This document shows, one piece after another, positions 20,314-29,112 of a stretch of 64,000 nucleotides of DNA (positions are counted from its first letter, which is position 1; each line of letters begins with the position of its first letter). The stretch lies in IMG/VR virus record IMGVR_UViG_3300047157_000197, positions 124,001-188,000 of that record. One strand, 5' to 3'. A program made the translations under genes and the position numbers. The notes beneath the pieces are model-generated. The model did no database searches. It had not been told where the DNA came from and saw only the letters and a list, made by a program, of their open reading frames with translations.

Positions 20314-22032
20314 ATGGCACAAGTATTAAAGCTAAAAAGAACATCGGTTGAAGGAAGAAAACCTACTACATCTAATTTAGAGTTAGGTGAGTTGGCAATA
20401 AACACATACGATGGAAAGATTTACTTTGAAAAAGATAATGGAACTCCTTCCATTAGAGAAATAGCCACAGAAGATACTTACCACTTTTACACAACTTCAC
20501 TAGATTCAAGATATGTTAACCTCACAGGTAATGAAACCATAGCAGGTAACAAAACATTTTCAAACAACATAACGATTGTAGGAAACCTCTCAGTAGAGGG
20601 AACTACAACTACAATTGATTCAACTACTGTTAACATAGGAGATAATACCTTAGAACTCAACTATGGTGGTTCTCAAACAACAGGAGGTATCTTAGTAAAG
20701 GATGCAACTGGTAGTTCAACTGTAAGTGGTTCTTTATTATGGGATTCTTCAAATGATTTTTGGAAATTAGGAAAATTAGGTTCTGAATCAGAAGTAATTA
20801 CCGTTTCTAATATTGTAACTAACTTACCGACTGGAACTGTTAGTGGTTCTTCACAAATATCACTTAGTGGATTCAATACTTCACAATTATCTGAAAATAC
20901 AAACCTTTATTATACAGATGCAAGAGTAAAAACTAAATTAGATGCCGATAGTGTTATAAGTGGTAGTAATTTAGATGGAATGACCGTAAGTGGTTCATTT
21001 AGTGGTTCTTTTCAAGGTGATGGTTCTAATTTAACAGGAATTACAGTAGAACAAGCAGCAACAGTAACCGATACTTTTACAAATGTATCTTCTAAAGTAG
21101 TAACTCACAACTTTGGTACTAAAAATGTAATTGTAACTGTATATGATGAAAATGATGGGTATTTTATACCAAATTCAATTGTAACAACAAATGATAATCA
21201 AGTAACTGTAACATTTGCATCAACTGAAAGTGGTAGAGTAGTAGTTGCAAAAGGTGGACACGTTGTACAAGGTGTTGCATCAGATGCAAACTTATTAGAT
21301 GGAGAAGATGGAACTTATTACTTAGATTATGGTAATTTTACAAATATTCCAAGTGGAATCGTTAGTGGTTCATCTCAGACAGTAGCTCATTTAGTAAATC
21401 AAGATGTAAATTTAGGTACAGGTGATTTAACAGCAACAACAGGTTCTTTTGATGTAATCGATTTAGATAGATTATCACTAACTTCAACACAAACAACAGT
21501 ACCACCATTACAGCTTACTGCTAATTCACTTCAAGATGGAGTAGGTGCATTACGAATAGATGGTTCTCAAGCAGATATATTCCTTAACCCTTCCACCGCT
21601 ACCCATACTACTGTAACTTTTGCAGTAAATAATGACCAAAGGTTAGCATTTGGTATGGATAATAATAGTGATTTTTATATCACTCGAAGAACTGGTGGAA
21701 CTTGGTATGATGATACATTAGTTTTAGATAGAGATACCGGTGAAGTTACTTTAGGATATGATTTAACTGTAAATGGAAACATAAATGCTACAAATGGTAT
21801 CGTTAGTGGTTCAGCACAAATAACAAATTTAACAACTCACAAAGAAACAGTTAGTGGAGCATCTTCTTATGATGTAGACCATAACTTAGGTGAACAATAT
21901 CCAATTGTTCAAGCATGGAATACTGCAACTTCAAAACAAGAATTACCTAATTCTATAACAACAAATTCAGTAAATCAAGTAACTGTTGATTTTTCTACAA
22001 CTTTTGCAGGAATTATAATCGTAAAAAAATAA
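20314..22032 (+). CDS. Tail fibre/structural protein (Mtd_N-like N-terminus, two HNL/HNF domains)
   Basis: MAQVLKLKRTS...LGELAINTYDGKIYF; VTHNFGTKNV and VDHNLGEQYP; shares segments with the 7242 and 15579 products. Confidence 0.7.
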   Translation: MAQVLKLKRTSVEGRKPTTSNLELGELAINTYDGKIYFEKDNGTPSIREIATEDTYHFYTTSLDSRYVNLTGNETIAGNKTFSNNITIVGNLSVEGTTTTIDSTTVNIGDNTLELNYGGSQTTGGILVKDATGSSTVSGSLLWDSSNDFWKLGKLGSESEVITVSNIVTNLPTGTVSGSSQISLSGFNTSQLSENTNLYYTDARVKTKLDADSVISGSNLDGMTVSGSFSGSFQGDGSNLTGITVEQAATVTDTFTNVSSKVVTHNFGTKNVIVTVYDENDGYFIPNSIVTTNDNQVTVTFASTESGRVVVAKGGHVVQGVASDANLLDGEDGTYYLDYGNFTNIPSGIVSGSSQTVAHLVNQDVNLGTGDLTATTGSFDVIDLDRLSLTSTQTTVPPLQLTANSLQDGVGALRIDGSQADIFLNPSTATHTTVTFAVNNDQRLAFGMDNNSDFYITRRTGGTWYDDTLVLDRDTGEVTLGYDLTVNGNINATNGIVSGSAQITNLTTHKETVSGASSYDVDHNLGEQYPIVQAWNTATSKQELPNSITTNSVNQVTVDFSTTFAGIIIVKK

Positions 22033-22035
22033 AAT

Positions 22036-23031
22036 ATGTATGATGTGTATTATACTACTGGTGGTGGCCCTTGGGTAAATGCTGGTACTGATACTTGGGT
22101 TAATTTATGGATGGAATTGATTGCTCCTAAATTAGATGTAAAACCTATTCTTCTTTTACACAGAAACAAACCAAAAGGACATAAAGATTATGAATTTCCT
22201 ATTGAAGCACATTGGCATGGAGATAATATAGAAAAGTTTGAGGAACTATGTAAAGGAGCAAGGAGAATCAATATATTACATGGTCATTATACTCCAATGA
22301 AAGTGATAGAAGAAAATAAACATAAAATTCATTCGAATATTTTACATAATTCAGTAGACCATATAATAAAAACACAATTTGGAACAGATGCTTCATTTAT
22401 ACAACATCCTTATATGGATTCGGTGTGGGAAATTGATATTAACAAAATTGCAACACATTCTATTTGGGTTGGTGTATATGATATTTTAATAAAAAACAAA
22501 AATATACCTAATTTTTACGAATTTAAACATAATTTAAAATTATCCGAATCAAATAAAATTGGATTTACTGCTAGAAGTGAGGGTAGAAAGAATCCACGAT
22601 ATTTAGATGGATTACCATCGTTGTTATTTACAGATTCAAAAGCTTTTAATGTATTATGGAAAGGTGGTATGAAAATGGATACTTCTAAAATAAAAGTGTA
22701 TCACTACAAACCTAATTTCAAAAATGTTTTTTATAATATGAATTGGGGAATATCACATTCATGTTTTACACACGAACCATTTGGTTATTCTATATTTGAA
22801 GCAGTAGATTATGGTAAATTACCAATATTACATACATCTTGGTGTAAAGATTTAAATTATCCATATAGAGCTTCATCTAAAAAAGAATTTAATCATATTT
22901 ATATGAGGTTAAGTAAAACTACATATTCAGAAAAAAATAAATGGTTTGACTTATTAAAAAAGTATATGATTGAAAATTATACTAATAAAGATAGGTGGAT
23001 TAATCAATTACTTAATATTTATAATATATAG
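22036..23031 (+). CDS. Glycosyltransferase (GT-B, GT4-like)
   Basis: FTARSEGRKNP and EPFGYSIFEAVDYGKLPI (EX7E motif of GT4 enzymes); N-terminal GGG..NAGTDTW. Confidence 0.7.
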   Translation: MYDVYYTTGGGPWVNAGTDTWVNLWMELIAPKLDVKPILLLHRNKPKGHKDYEFPIEAHWHGDNIEKFEELCKGARRINILHGHYTPMKVIEENKHKIHSNILHNSVDHIIKTQFGTDASFIQHPYMDSVWEIDINKIATHSIWVGVYDILIKNKNIPNFYEFKHNLKLSESNKIGFTARSEGRKNPRYLDGLPSLLFTDSKAFNVLWKGGMKMDTSKIKVYHYKPNFKNVFYNMNWGISHSCFTHEPFGYSIFEAVDYGKLPILHTSWCKDLNYPYRASSKKEFNHIYMRLSKTTYSEKNKWFDLLKKYMIENYTNKDRWINQLLNIYNI

Positions 23032-23043
23032 GGAAAAGTATAT

Positions 23044-24363
23044 ATGGCAATTTCAGCAGGAGAAACACTCAGTTTAAATAATTTAGCAGGAGCAACTGGT
23101 AATACACAAGGTGCAAATGTATCATTAGGTACAATTAAAGGTTCACCTGTAGCGGGTGATAATATTACATTATCTTCATATGGTGTAGATGCAATAGGTT
23201 CTTTGACGGGATATACTTATGCTGTTGAATCTACAAACGAAACTTACACATTAGGATTTACAGGCGAGGGTGCCAAGTTTAGTTCACAGATAAAAACAAA
23301 TTCAGATAATTTTACATGGGCAGTAACCCCAGCATATAATATGAATACAGATTCTGCAGGATATTTAAGTATTGCTTCAAATTCAGATTATACTGGTGTA
23401 ATTACAGTTGGTTCTATGAATCCACAAGGTGTTGGTTCACAAACAACTTTAGCTGGAAATGTATCACATACATTATCGGTAACATTTGCTGATGGATTCA
23501 ATACCCATGCTACAAATTATAATAGTGCAAGAACTAAAACTGTTTATTCAGTAGATTCTTATGATGGAAATTCAACCGCATTATGTTTAGTTATTGATTC
23601 ACCCGTAACACTTGCAGATGGTTCAATTGTAGAAGTTGGTGATTTAGAAGAAGGAGATGAACTAAGAGGATTTTCTATTGGTGGTTTAGGAACTGATGAA
23701 GCTGGTTTTTTAGATTGGGATACTGATTCATTATCAACAACAGCACAAAATGTAACTGTTGAAAATTTAGTATATTCGTTTTCTAATAGACATTATGATA
23801 TAAATGATGGTGAAATAAAAGCAACATCAGAACACCCTATGTTAGTTAAAGATGCATCAGATGGTAATTATAGATTTAAAGAAATGTTCAATATATCAAC
23901 TGATGATAAATTAATAAAAGAAATTGATAGTGTTATTACTGAAGTAGATATTACTTCAATTGAAATAGTTAGTCAAACTAATGAAATTGTTTCAATTGAT
24001 GTTGAAACAAATGATACATATTTAGTTAATGGATATATAACACACAACAAAGGTGGAAATTCACATACCGATGAAACAGCAGGTAGTGCACCAACTTCAT
24101 TAGCATGGACAAATGGTACATTAACTCTTTCATGGAGTGGTGATGGTACAAATGATGTATTTGATGTACAAATAGATAATAATTCAGATTTTAGTTCACC
24201 TCTTATAGATGAAACACAATGGTCTGAAACAACAGTAGTAACAACTACTGATGGTGGAGATTTCGATATTGGAACTGGTACAAGATATGCAAGAGTAAGA
24301 CAATATGGAACAAATGGATTATTAAGTGATTATAGTTCAACGTTAACATTTACTGTATCATAA
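23044..24363 (+). CDS. Virion protein with internal Hint (intein-like) domain and C-terminal FN3/Ig-like domain
   Basis: Hint from CLVIDSPVTLADG (23584) through ATSEHPM to YLVNGYITHN (24048); C-terminal APTSLAW...LSWSG...YARVRQY. Confidence 0.75.
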   Translation: MAISAGETLSLNNLAGATGNTQGANVSLGTIKGSPVAGDNITLSSYGVDAIGSLTGYTYAVESTNETYTLGFTGEGAKFSSQIKTNSDNFTWAVTPAYNMNTDSAGYLSIASNSDYTGVITVGSMNPQGVGSQTTLAGNVSHTLSVTFADGFNTHATNYNSARTKTVYSVDSYDGNSTALCLVIDSPVTLADGSIVEVGDLEEGDELRGFSIGGLGTDEAGFLDWDTDSLSTTAQNVTVENLVYSFSNRHYDINDGEIKATSEHPMLVKDASDGNYRFKEMFNISTDDKLIKEIDSVITEVDITSIEIVSQTNEIVSIDVETNDTYLVNGYITHNKGGNSHTDETAGSAPTSLAWTNGTLTLSWSGDGTNDVFDVQIDNNSDFSSPLIDETQWSETTVVTTTDGGDFDIGTGTRYARVRQYGTNGLLSDYSSTLTFTVS

Positions 24364-24430
24364 AAATATCGTTTTGAAAAAAACTATATATTTATATATA
24401 TAAACAAAAAGTTAACTAAAATATATCAAA

Positions 24431-24736
24431 ATGGCGGAAGCAATTAAGTTTACAGAAGAAGAAGTTTCACAATTAAATCAATTAAGACAAGATGTAGCTG
24501 AAACTTTTACAAAACTTGGACAACTTCAAATCGAAAAGAAGAGAAGAATCGAAGAAGTTACTAAAGTTGAAGATGAATTATTACAAAAACATTCAAATTT
24601 GGTTCAACAAGAACAAGAGATTTTCAAAGGTTTAAATGATAAATATGGTGATGGAAATTACGACCCTACATCAAATACATTTATACCAAGCGAAACTAAA
24701 GAAGAAAAATCTATATCTAAAGAAAGTAAAAAATAA
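24431..24736 (+). CDS. Hypothetical coiled-coil protein
   Basis: 101-aa Glu/Lys/Gln-rich ORF after a late motif; KYGDGNYDP end. Confidence 0.6.
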   Translation: MAEAIKFTEEEVSQLNQLRQDVAETFTKLGQLQIEKKRRIEEVTKVEDELLQKHSNLVQQEQEIFKGLNDKYGDGNYDPTSNTFIPSETKEEKSISKESKK

Positions 24737-24808
24737 TCTTTAGGAAAAGATGTTAATACTTATATAAGAGTATTATTATACAAAAAACATAACAAGGAGT
24801 AATAAAAA

Positions 24809-27160
24809 ATGGCAGAAAAAATTGTATCACCTGGGGTATTTACGAGAGAAAACGACCTTTCTTTCTTATCACAAGGGATTGGTGAAATAGGAGCAGCAAT
24901 AATTGGACCTTTCCATAAAGGACCTGCTTTTGTACCAACCGTTGTTAATACACAATCGGAATTTGAAGAAATATTCGGTACACCTGATGGTTCTTACTAT
25001 ACAGGATATACCGTACAAAACTACCTTAGAGAAGCAGGAACAGTAACTATTGTTCGTGTTGGTCATCAAGGTGGATATTCACAAGCTAAACCAATAGGAA
25101 TTGAAATAAGTGGTTCATCATCAGAAGGTGGAAGAAAATTAATCGGTGTTTTAAACGCAACACACAAGGGTTCTTTAACCGTTGGATTTCCTTCATGTTC
25201 TATTGATTCTACTGCAGGAGAATCCGTATTCAGTATTAGTGGTTCTAATATAGCAGCAGTATCAGCATCTGTACTACCAAGTGCAGGAAATGATATATCA
25301 GACGTATTTGGAAGTAACCCAAGAGGTTCTAAAAAAGCGTATGGAGCTCATTATTTTGAAAAAGCTGCAACTGATTTTACTGATTGGTTTCAAAGTGGTT
25401 CTCAAGTATTACACAGAGAATTAGCTACACAAGATTTTACACAAGATATTCAACATGCTTCTACTCCTTATATACAATCACAATTGATTTCAGGAGAAAG
25501 ACATGATTTATTTAGATTCCATACTTTAGGTGATGGTTCTAATTATAATAAAGAATACAAAATTGGTATCTTTAATGTAAAAGCTGCTGGTGCATCAAAT
25601 GCAACTGATTATGCAACTTTTTCAATTTCAATTAGAAAATATAGTGATACTAATAAAAGAACTAATGTACTTGAAACGTTTAGTAATGTAAACTTAGACC
25701 CTGCATCACCAAATTATATCAAGAAAAGAATTGGTGATAGAAATGTAACTATTGATGCTAATGGAAAACAATCTGAAAATGGTGATTATCCAAACTACTC
25801 GAAATTTGTTAGAGTAGAGTGTTCAGAAGAAGGTTCATTCCCAATTACTGCAGCACCATTTGGACATGGAGCATATACAAATCCAATATATCATGGAACG
25901 GATGAATCATTAATTCCATCGGTAATATTTTCAACAGGTTCGGAAAATAACAATTCTTCCAAATCAGCTGAGTATAGTGGTATTGATTTAGAATCTGCAG
26001 TTGTTAAAATTGACAACAGTAATTACTTATCTCCAATACCTGCTTCGGCAACAGTTGGTGGAAATACTGCTTTCTCATTCGATGCAGCATTTACTGCAAT
26101 CGTAACTGGTTCTGTTGGAACTAAAAACTTTGCATATACATTATCAACATCTGATACTCCTGCAATTATTAACAAAAGACAGTTTATCGTAGGATTCCAA
26201 AGTGGATTCGATGGTATATCACCAACAATCAAATCAGCTAAATATGGTGATTCTGATTGGGGTGCTGGAAACTCACAAGGATTTGATTTATCAACTTCAA
26301 CCGCTAATGGTTCAGTTGCGTATGTAAAAGCAATAAACTCAGTATCTAATCCAGATGATTTCGATATTAACTTAGTATCTGCACCAGGTGTAGTTAGAAG
26401 ATTACATTCTTATGTATTTGATAAAGTAGTTGATATGGTAGAAGCAAGAGAAGATGCATTCTTTATTGGTGATGCTAATGACGGTGGAGATACTATCGCT
26501 GAAGCAATTACACAAGGTGAAGCGGTTGATTCTAACTATGTAGGTACATACTACCCATGGGTTAAAACAATCGACAGAAACACTAATAAATTAACTGCAG
26601 TTCCACCATCAGTATTGATGCCAGGAATATATGCAGCAAATGATGCTATCGCAGCAGAATGGTTTGCACCTGCAGGTTTAAACAGAGGTGGTATCGTAGG
26701 AGCTGTTTCTGTATTAAATAGATTGACACATGCTGAAAGAGATTCTTTATATGAAGGTAAAATTAATCCAATCGCTCAATTCCCAGGAGAGGGTATTGTT
26801 GCTTTCGGACAAAAAACTTTACAAGATAAAGCATCAGCACTTGATAGAATTAACGTAAGAAGATTAATGATTAAAGTTAAGAAGTATATCGCTTCAACTT
26901 CAAGATACTTAGTATTCGAACAAAATACTTCACAAACAAGAAGTAGATTCTTAAATACTGTGAATCCTTATTTAGAAGGAATACAACAAAGACAAGGATT
27001 GTATGCTTTTAGAGTAGTGATGGACGAAAGTAATAACACACCAGATGTTATCGACAGAAATATATTGGCTGGACAGATTTTCTTACAACCAACAAAAACT
27101 GCTGAATTTATCGTGTTAGACTTTAACATATTACCGACTGGAGCATCATTCTCGGCATAA
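24809..27160 (+). CDS. Contractile tail sheath protein
   Basis: N-terminal SPGVFTREND; C-terminal WFAPAGLNRG, INPI, GQKTLQ, DRINVRRL, QPTKTAEFIVLDF. Confidence 0.95.
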   Translation: MAEKIVSPGVFTRENDLSFLSQGIGEIGAAIIGPFHKGPAFVPTVVNTQSEFEEIFGTPDGSYYTGYTVQNYLREAGTVTIVRVGHQGGYSQAKPIGIEISGSSSEGGRKLIGVLNATHKGSLTVGFPSCSIDSTAGESVFSISGSNIAAVSASVLPSAGNDISDVFGSNPRGSKKAYGAHYFEKAATDFTDWFQSGSQVLHRELATQDFTQDIQHASTPYIQSQLISGERHDLFRFHTLGDGSNYNKEYKIGIFNVKAAGASNATDYATFSISIRKYSDTNKRTNVLETFSNVNLDPASPNYIKKRIGDRNVTIDANGKQSENGDYPNYSKFVRVECSEEGSFPITAAPFGHGAYTNPIYHGTDESLIPSVIFSTGSENNNSSKSAEYSGIDLESAVVKIDNSNYLSPIPASATVGGNTAFSFDAAFTAIVTGSVGTKNFAYTLSTSDTPAIINKRQFIVGFQSGFDGISPTIKSAKYGDSDWGAGNSQGFDLSTSTANGSVAYVKAINSVSNPDDFDINLVSAPGVVRRLHSYVFDKVVDMVEAREDAFFIGDANDGGDTIAEAITQGEAVDSNYVGTYYPWVKTIDRNTNKLTAVPPSVLMPGIYAANDAIAAEWFAPAGLNRGGIVGAVSVLNRLTHAERDSLYEGKINPIAQFPGEGIVAFGQKTLQDKASALDRINVRRLMIKVKKYIASTSRYLVFEQNTSQTRSRFLNTVNPYLEGIQQRQGLYAFRVVMDESNNTPDVIDRNILAGQIFLQPTKTAEFIVLDFNILPTGASFSA

Positions 27161-27218
27161 TTAATTAAAAATAAAAAAGAACTATATTTATAGTAGAATA
27201 TAATTAGGAGAAAACAAA

Positions 27219-27710
27219 ATGGCAGAAGTATTAGAATTTAACGATATGTTTTATACCAACTTCGAACCGAAGATGAAGAATAGATTCATCATGGAAATCG
27301 ATGGTATCCCTTCATATCTTATAAAAACAGCAAATAGACCTTCAATTCAGTTTGAAACTATTACCTTAGACCACATTAACGTTAAAAGAAAACTTAAAGG
27401 AAAAGGTGAATGGCAAGATATAGAGATTACTCTATATGACCCAATCGTTCCTTCAGGTGCTCAAGCAGTAATGGAATGGGTGAGAACATCTCACGAATCT
27501 ATTACAGGTAGAGATGGATATGCAGATTTCTATAAGAAAGATATCCAATGTTACCTATTAGGACCAGTTGGTGATAAAATTGAACAATGGACTATGAAAG
27601 GTGCATTTATCAATAATGCAGTGTTTAATGATTTAGATTGGTCAAACGCGACTGATCCTGTTGAAATTACTTTAACACTATCTTATGATTATGCAATATT
27701 AGAATATTAA
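27219..27710 (+). CDS. Tail tube protein (T4 gp19-like)
   Basis: Follows the sheath gene; 163 aa; EPKMKNRF...W.DIEITLYDPI...ITLTLSYDYA. Confidence 0.85.
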   Translation: MAEVLEFNDMFYTNFEPKMKNRFIMEIDGIPSYLIKTANRPSIQFETITLDHINVKRKLKGKGEWQDIEITLYDPIVPSGAQAVMEWVRTSHESITGRDGYADFYKKDIQCYLLGPVGDKIEQWTMKGAFINNAVFNDLDWSNATDPVEITLTLSYDYAILEY

Positions 27711-27737
27711 TACTCCCAAAATATATTTTTATAAAGA

Positions 27738-27766
27738 AAAAAGTTCTCTTAGTGAGAACTTTTTTT
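27738..27766 (+). terminator. Intrinsic (possibly bidirectional) terminator
   Basis: AAAAAGTTCTC-TTAGT-GAGAACTTTTTTT. Confidence 0.8.
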
Positions 27767-27831
27767 GTGTCTTTATTTTTCTAATTTTTTAAAAGTTATA
27801 TATTTATATACAAACAAATAAATTAAATGTT

Positions 27832-28599
27832 ATGGCAAATTATGAATTTCCAACTGAAATTATAGACCTTCCATCAAAAGGTAAGGTTTACTCACCAGAA
27901 AACCCATTATCAAAGGGTACGGTGGAGATTAAGTATATGACTGCTCGTGAAGAGGATATACTTGCTTCCCAAAATTTGATAAGGAAGGGGGTGGTGCTCG
28001 ATAAACTCTTTGAATCTGTTGTAGTAGAAGAAGGTGTAAATATTGACGATATTTTAATCGGTGATAAAAACGCAATTCTCTTAGCAACCCGTATTTTAGG
28101 ATATGGTAAAGATTATCAAGTAGATATAACCGACCCATTCTCAGGCGAACAACAAAAAACAAATATTGATTTAGCTAAAATACAAATCAAAGAAATAGAT
28201 AGTACTCTTTTAAATTCAAATAACAAATATGAATTTGAATTACCAATTGCAAAGAAAAAGATAGTCTTTAAACTATTATCACATAAAGATGAAAAAGATA
28301 TTAATGCTGAAATACAAGCACTTAATAGATTAAGTAAAGATAAAGATGGCGTAAGTAGTGAAATAAGTACTCGTTTAAGATATATGATAGAAGAGATTGA
28401 GGGTAACAATGATAGAGGATTCATTAATAACTTTGTTAAGAATAATTTATTAGCAAGAGATTCAAGAGTATTAAGAAACTATATACAACAAATTAGTCCA
28501 GATTTAGAATTAAAATTTGATTTTACTTCAGATTTAACAGGAGAGAAGGAGGCTCTTGATATACCATTAGGTGCCGGGTTTTTTTACCCTTCCGAATGA
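27832..28599 (+). CDS. Tail assembly chaperone / baseplate hub assembly protein (T4 gp26-like)
   Basis: IDLPSKG..Y, MTAREEDIL, GDKNAILLATRILGYG; lies between tube and tape measure; ends GFFYPSE over a GGG-T7 run. Confidence 0.7.
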   Translation: MANYEFPTEIIDLPSKGKVYSPENPLSKGTVEIKYMTAREEDILASQNLIRKGVVLDKLFESVVVEEGVNIDDILIGDKNAILLATRILGYGKDYQVDITDPFSGEQQKTNIDLAKIQIKEIDSTLLNSNNKYEFELPIAKKKIVFKLLSHKDEKDINAEIQALNRLSKDKDGVSSEISTRLRYMIEEIEGNNDRGFINNFVKNNLLARDSRVLRNYIQQISPDLELKFDFTSDLTGEKEALDIPLGAGFFYPSE

Positions 28600-28807
28600 T
28601 TATAGTCTCCAACTACATAATCAAATTTGGGAAATGGTTAACTTCGGTAATGGATTTACTTGGGCAGAGGTTTATACAATGCCTATTCATTGGAGAAGAT
28701 TCTATTTCAAAAAACTAGTAGATAGTAAAGCAAAAGAAAAAGCAGAATACGATAAAAGTAGTAAAAAGAGTGGTTCTAAAGGACCAAATGTAAGAGTGAG
28801 GAAATAA
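28571..28807 (+). CDS. Second tail-chaperone segment (gp51/GT-like), probably reached by frameshifting from the upstream gene
   Basis: Overlaps the end of 27832..28599 in the +1 frame at the T7 run; FTWAEVYTMPIHWRRFY motif; no convincing start codon of its own. Confidence 0.55.
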   Translation: MPGFFTLPNDYSLQLHNQIWEMVNFGNGFTWAEVYTMPIHWRRFYFKKLVDSKAKEKAEYDKSSKKSGSKGPNVRVRK

Positions 28808-28824
28808 TTCCTCACTTTTTTTTT
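28796..28824 (+). terminator. Intrinsic terminator
   Basis: GTGAGGAA-ATAA-TTCCTCAC followed by T8. Confidence 0.75.
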
Positions 28825-28865
28825 ACCCTATATTTATATAAGAACAATTATATAGGAAAAGCACT

Positions 28866-29099
28866 ATGTCTAAAAATAAAATAAATGAAAATATGCTATC
28901 TCGTTTCTTTGGAGATGTATTCGATAATTTAAGAGATGGAACTGCTGATAGGTTTATCAGTAAGGTAAGAAAAAGAAAATTCCCAAAAGAAATTGTTGAC
29001 TCTTTAGAAAAATTAAAAAAAGATAGAGAAGATTTAGCAAAATCTATTGAAAAATACAATAAGCAAGCACAGAAGTTAGGTAAAGATAAAATAAAATAA
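28866..29099 (+). CDS. Hypothetical protein
   Basis: 77-aa ORF after a late motif at 28830. Confidence 0.55.
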   Translation: MSKNKINENMLSRFFGDVFDNLRDGTADRFISKVRKRKFPKEIVDSLEKLKKDREDLAKSIEKYNKQAQKLGKDKIK

Positions 29100-29112
29100 C
29101 TTAAGGTAAACA

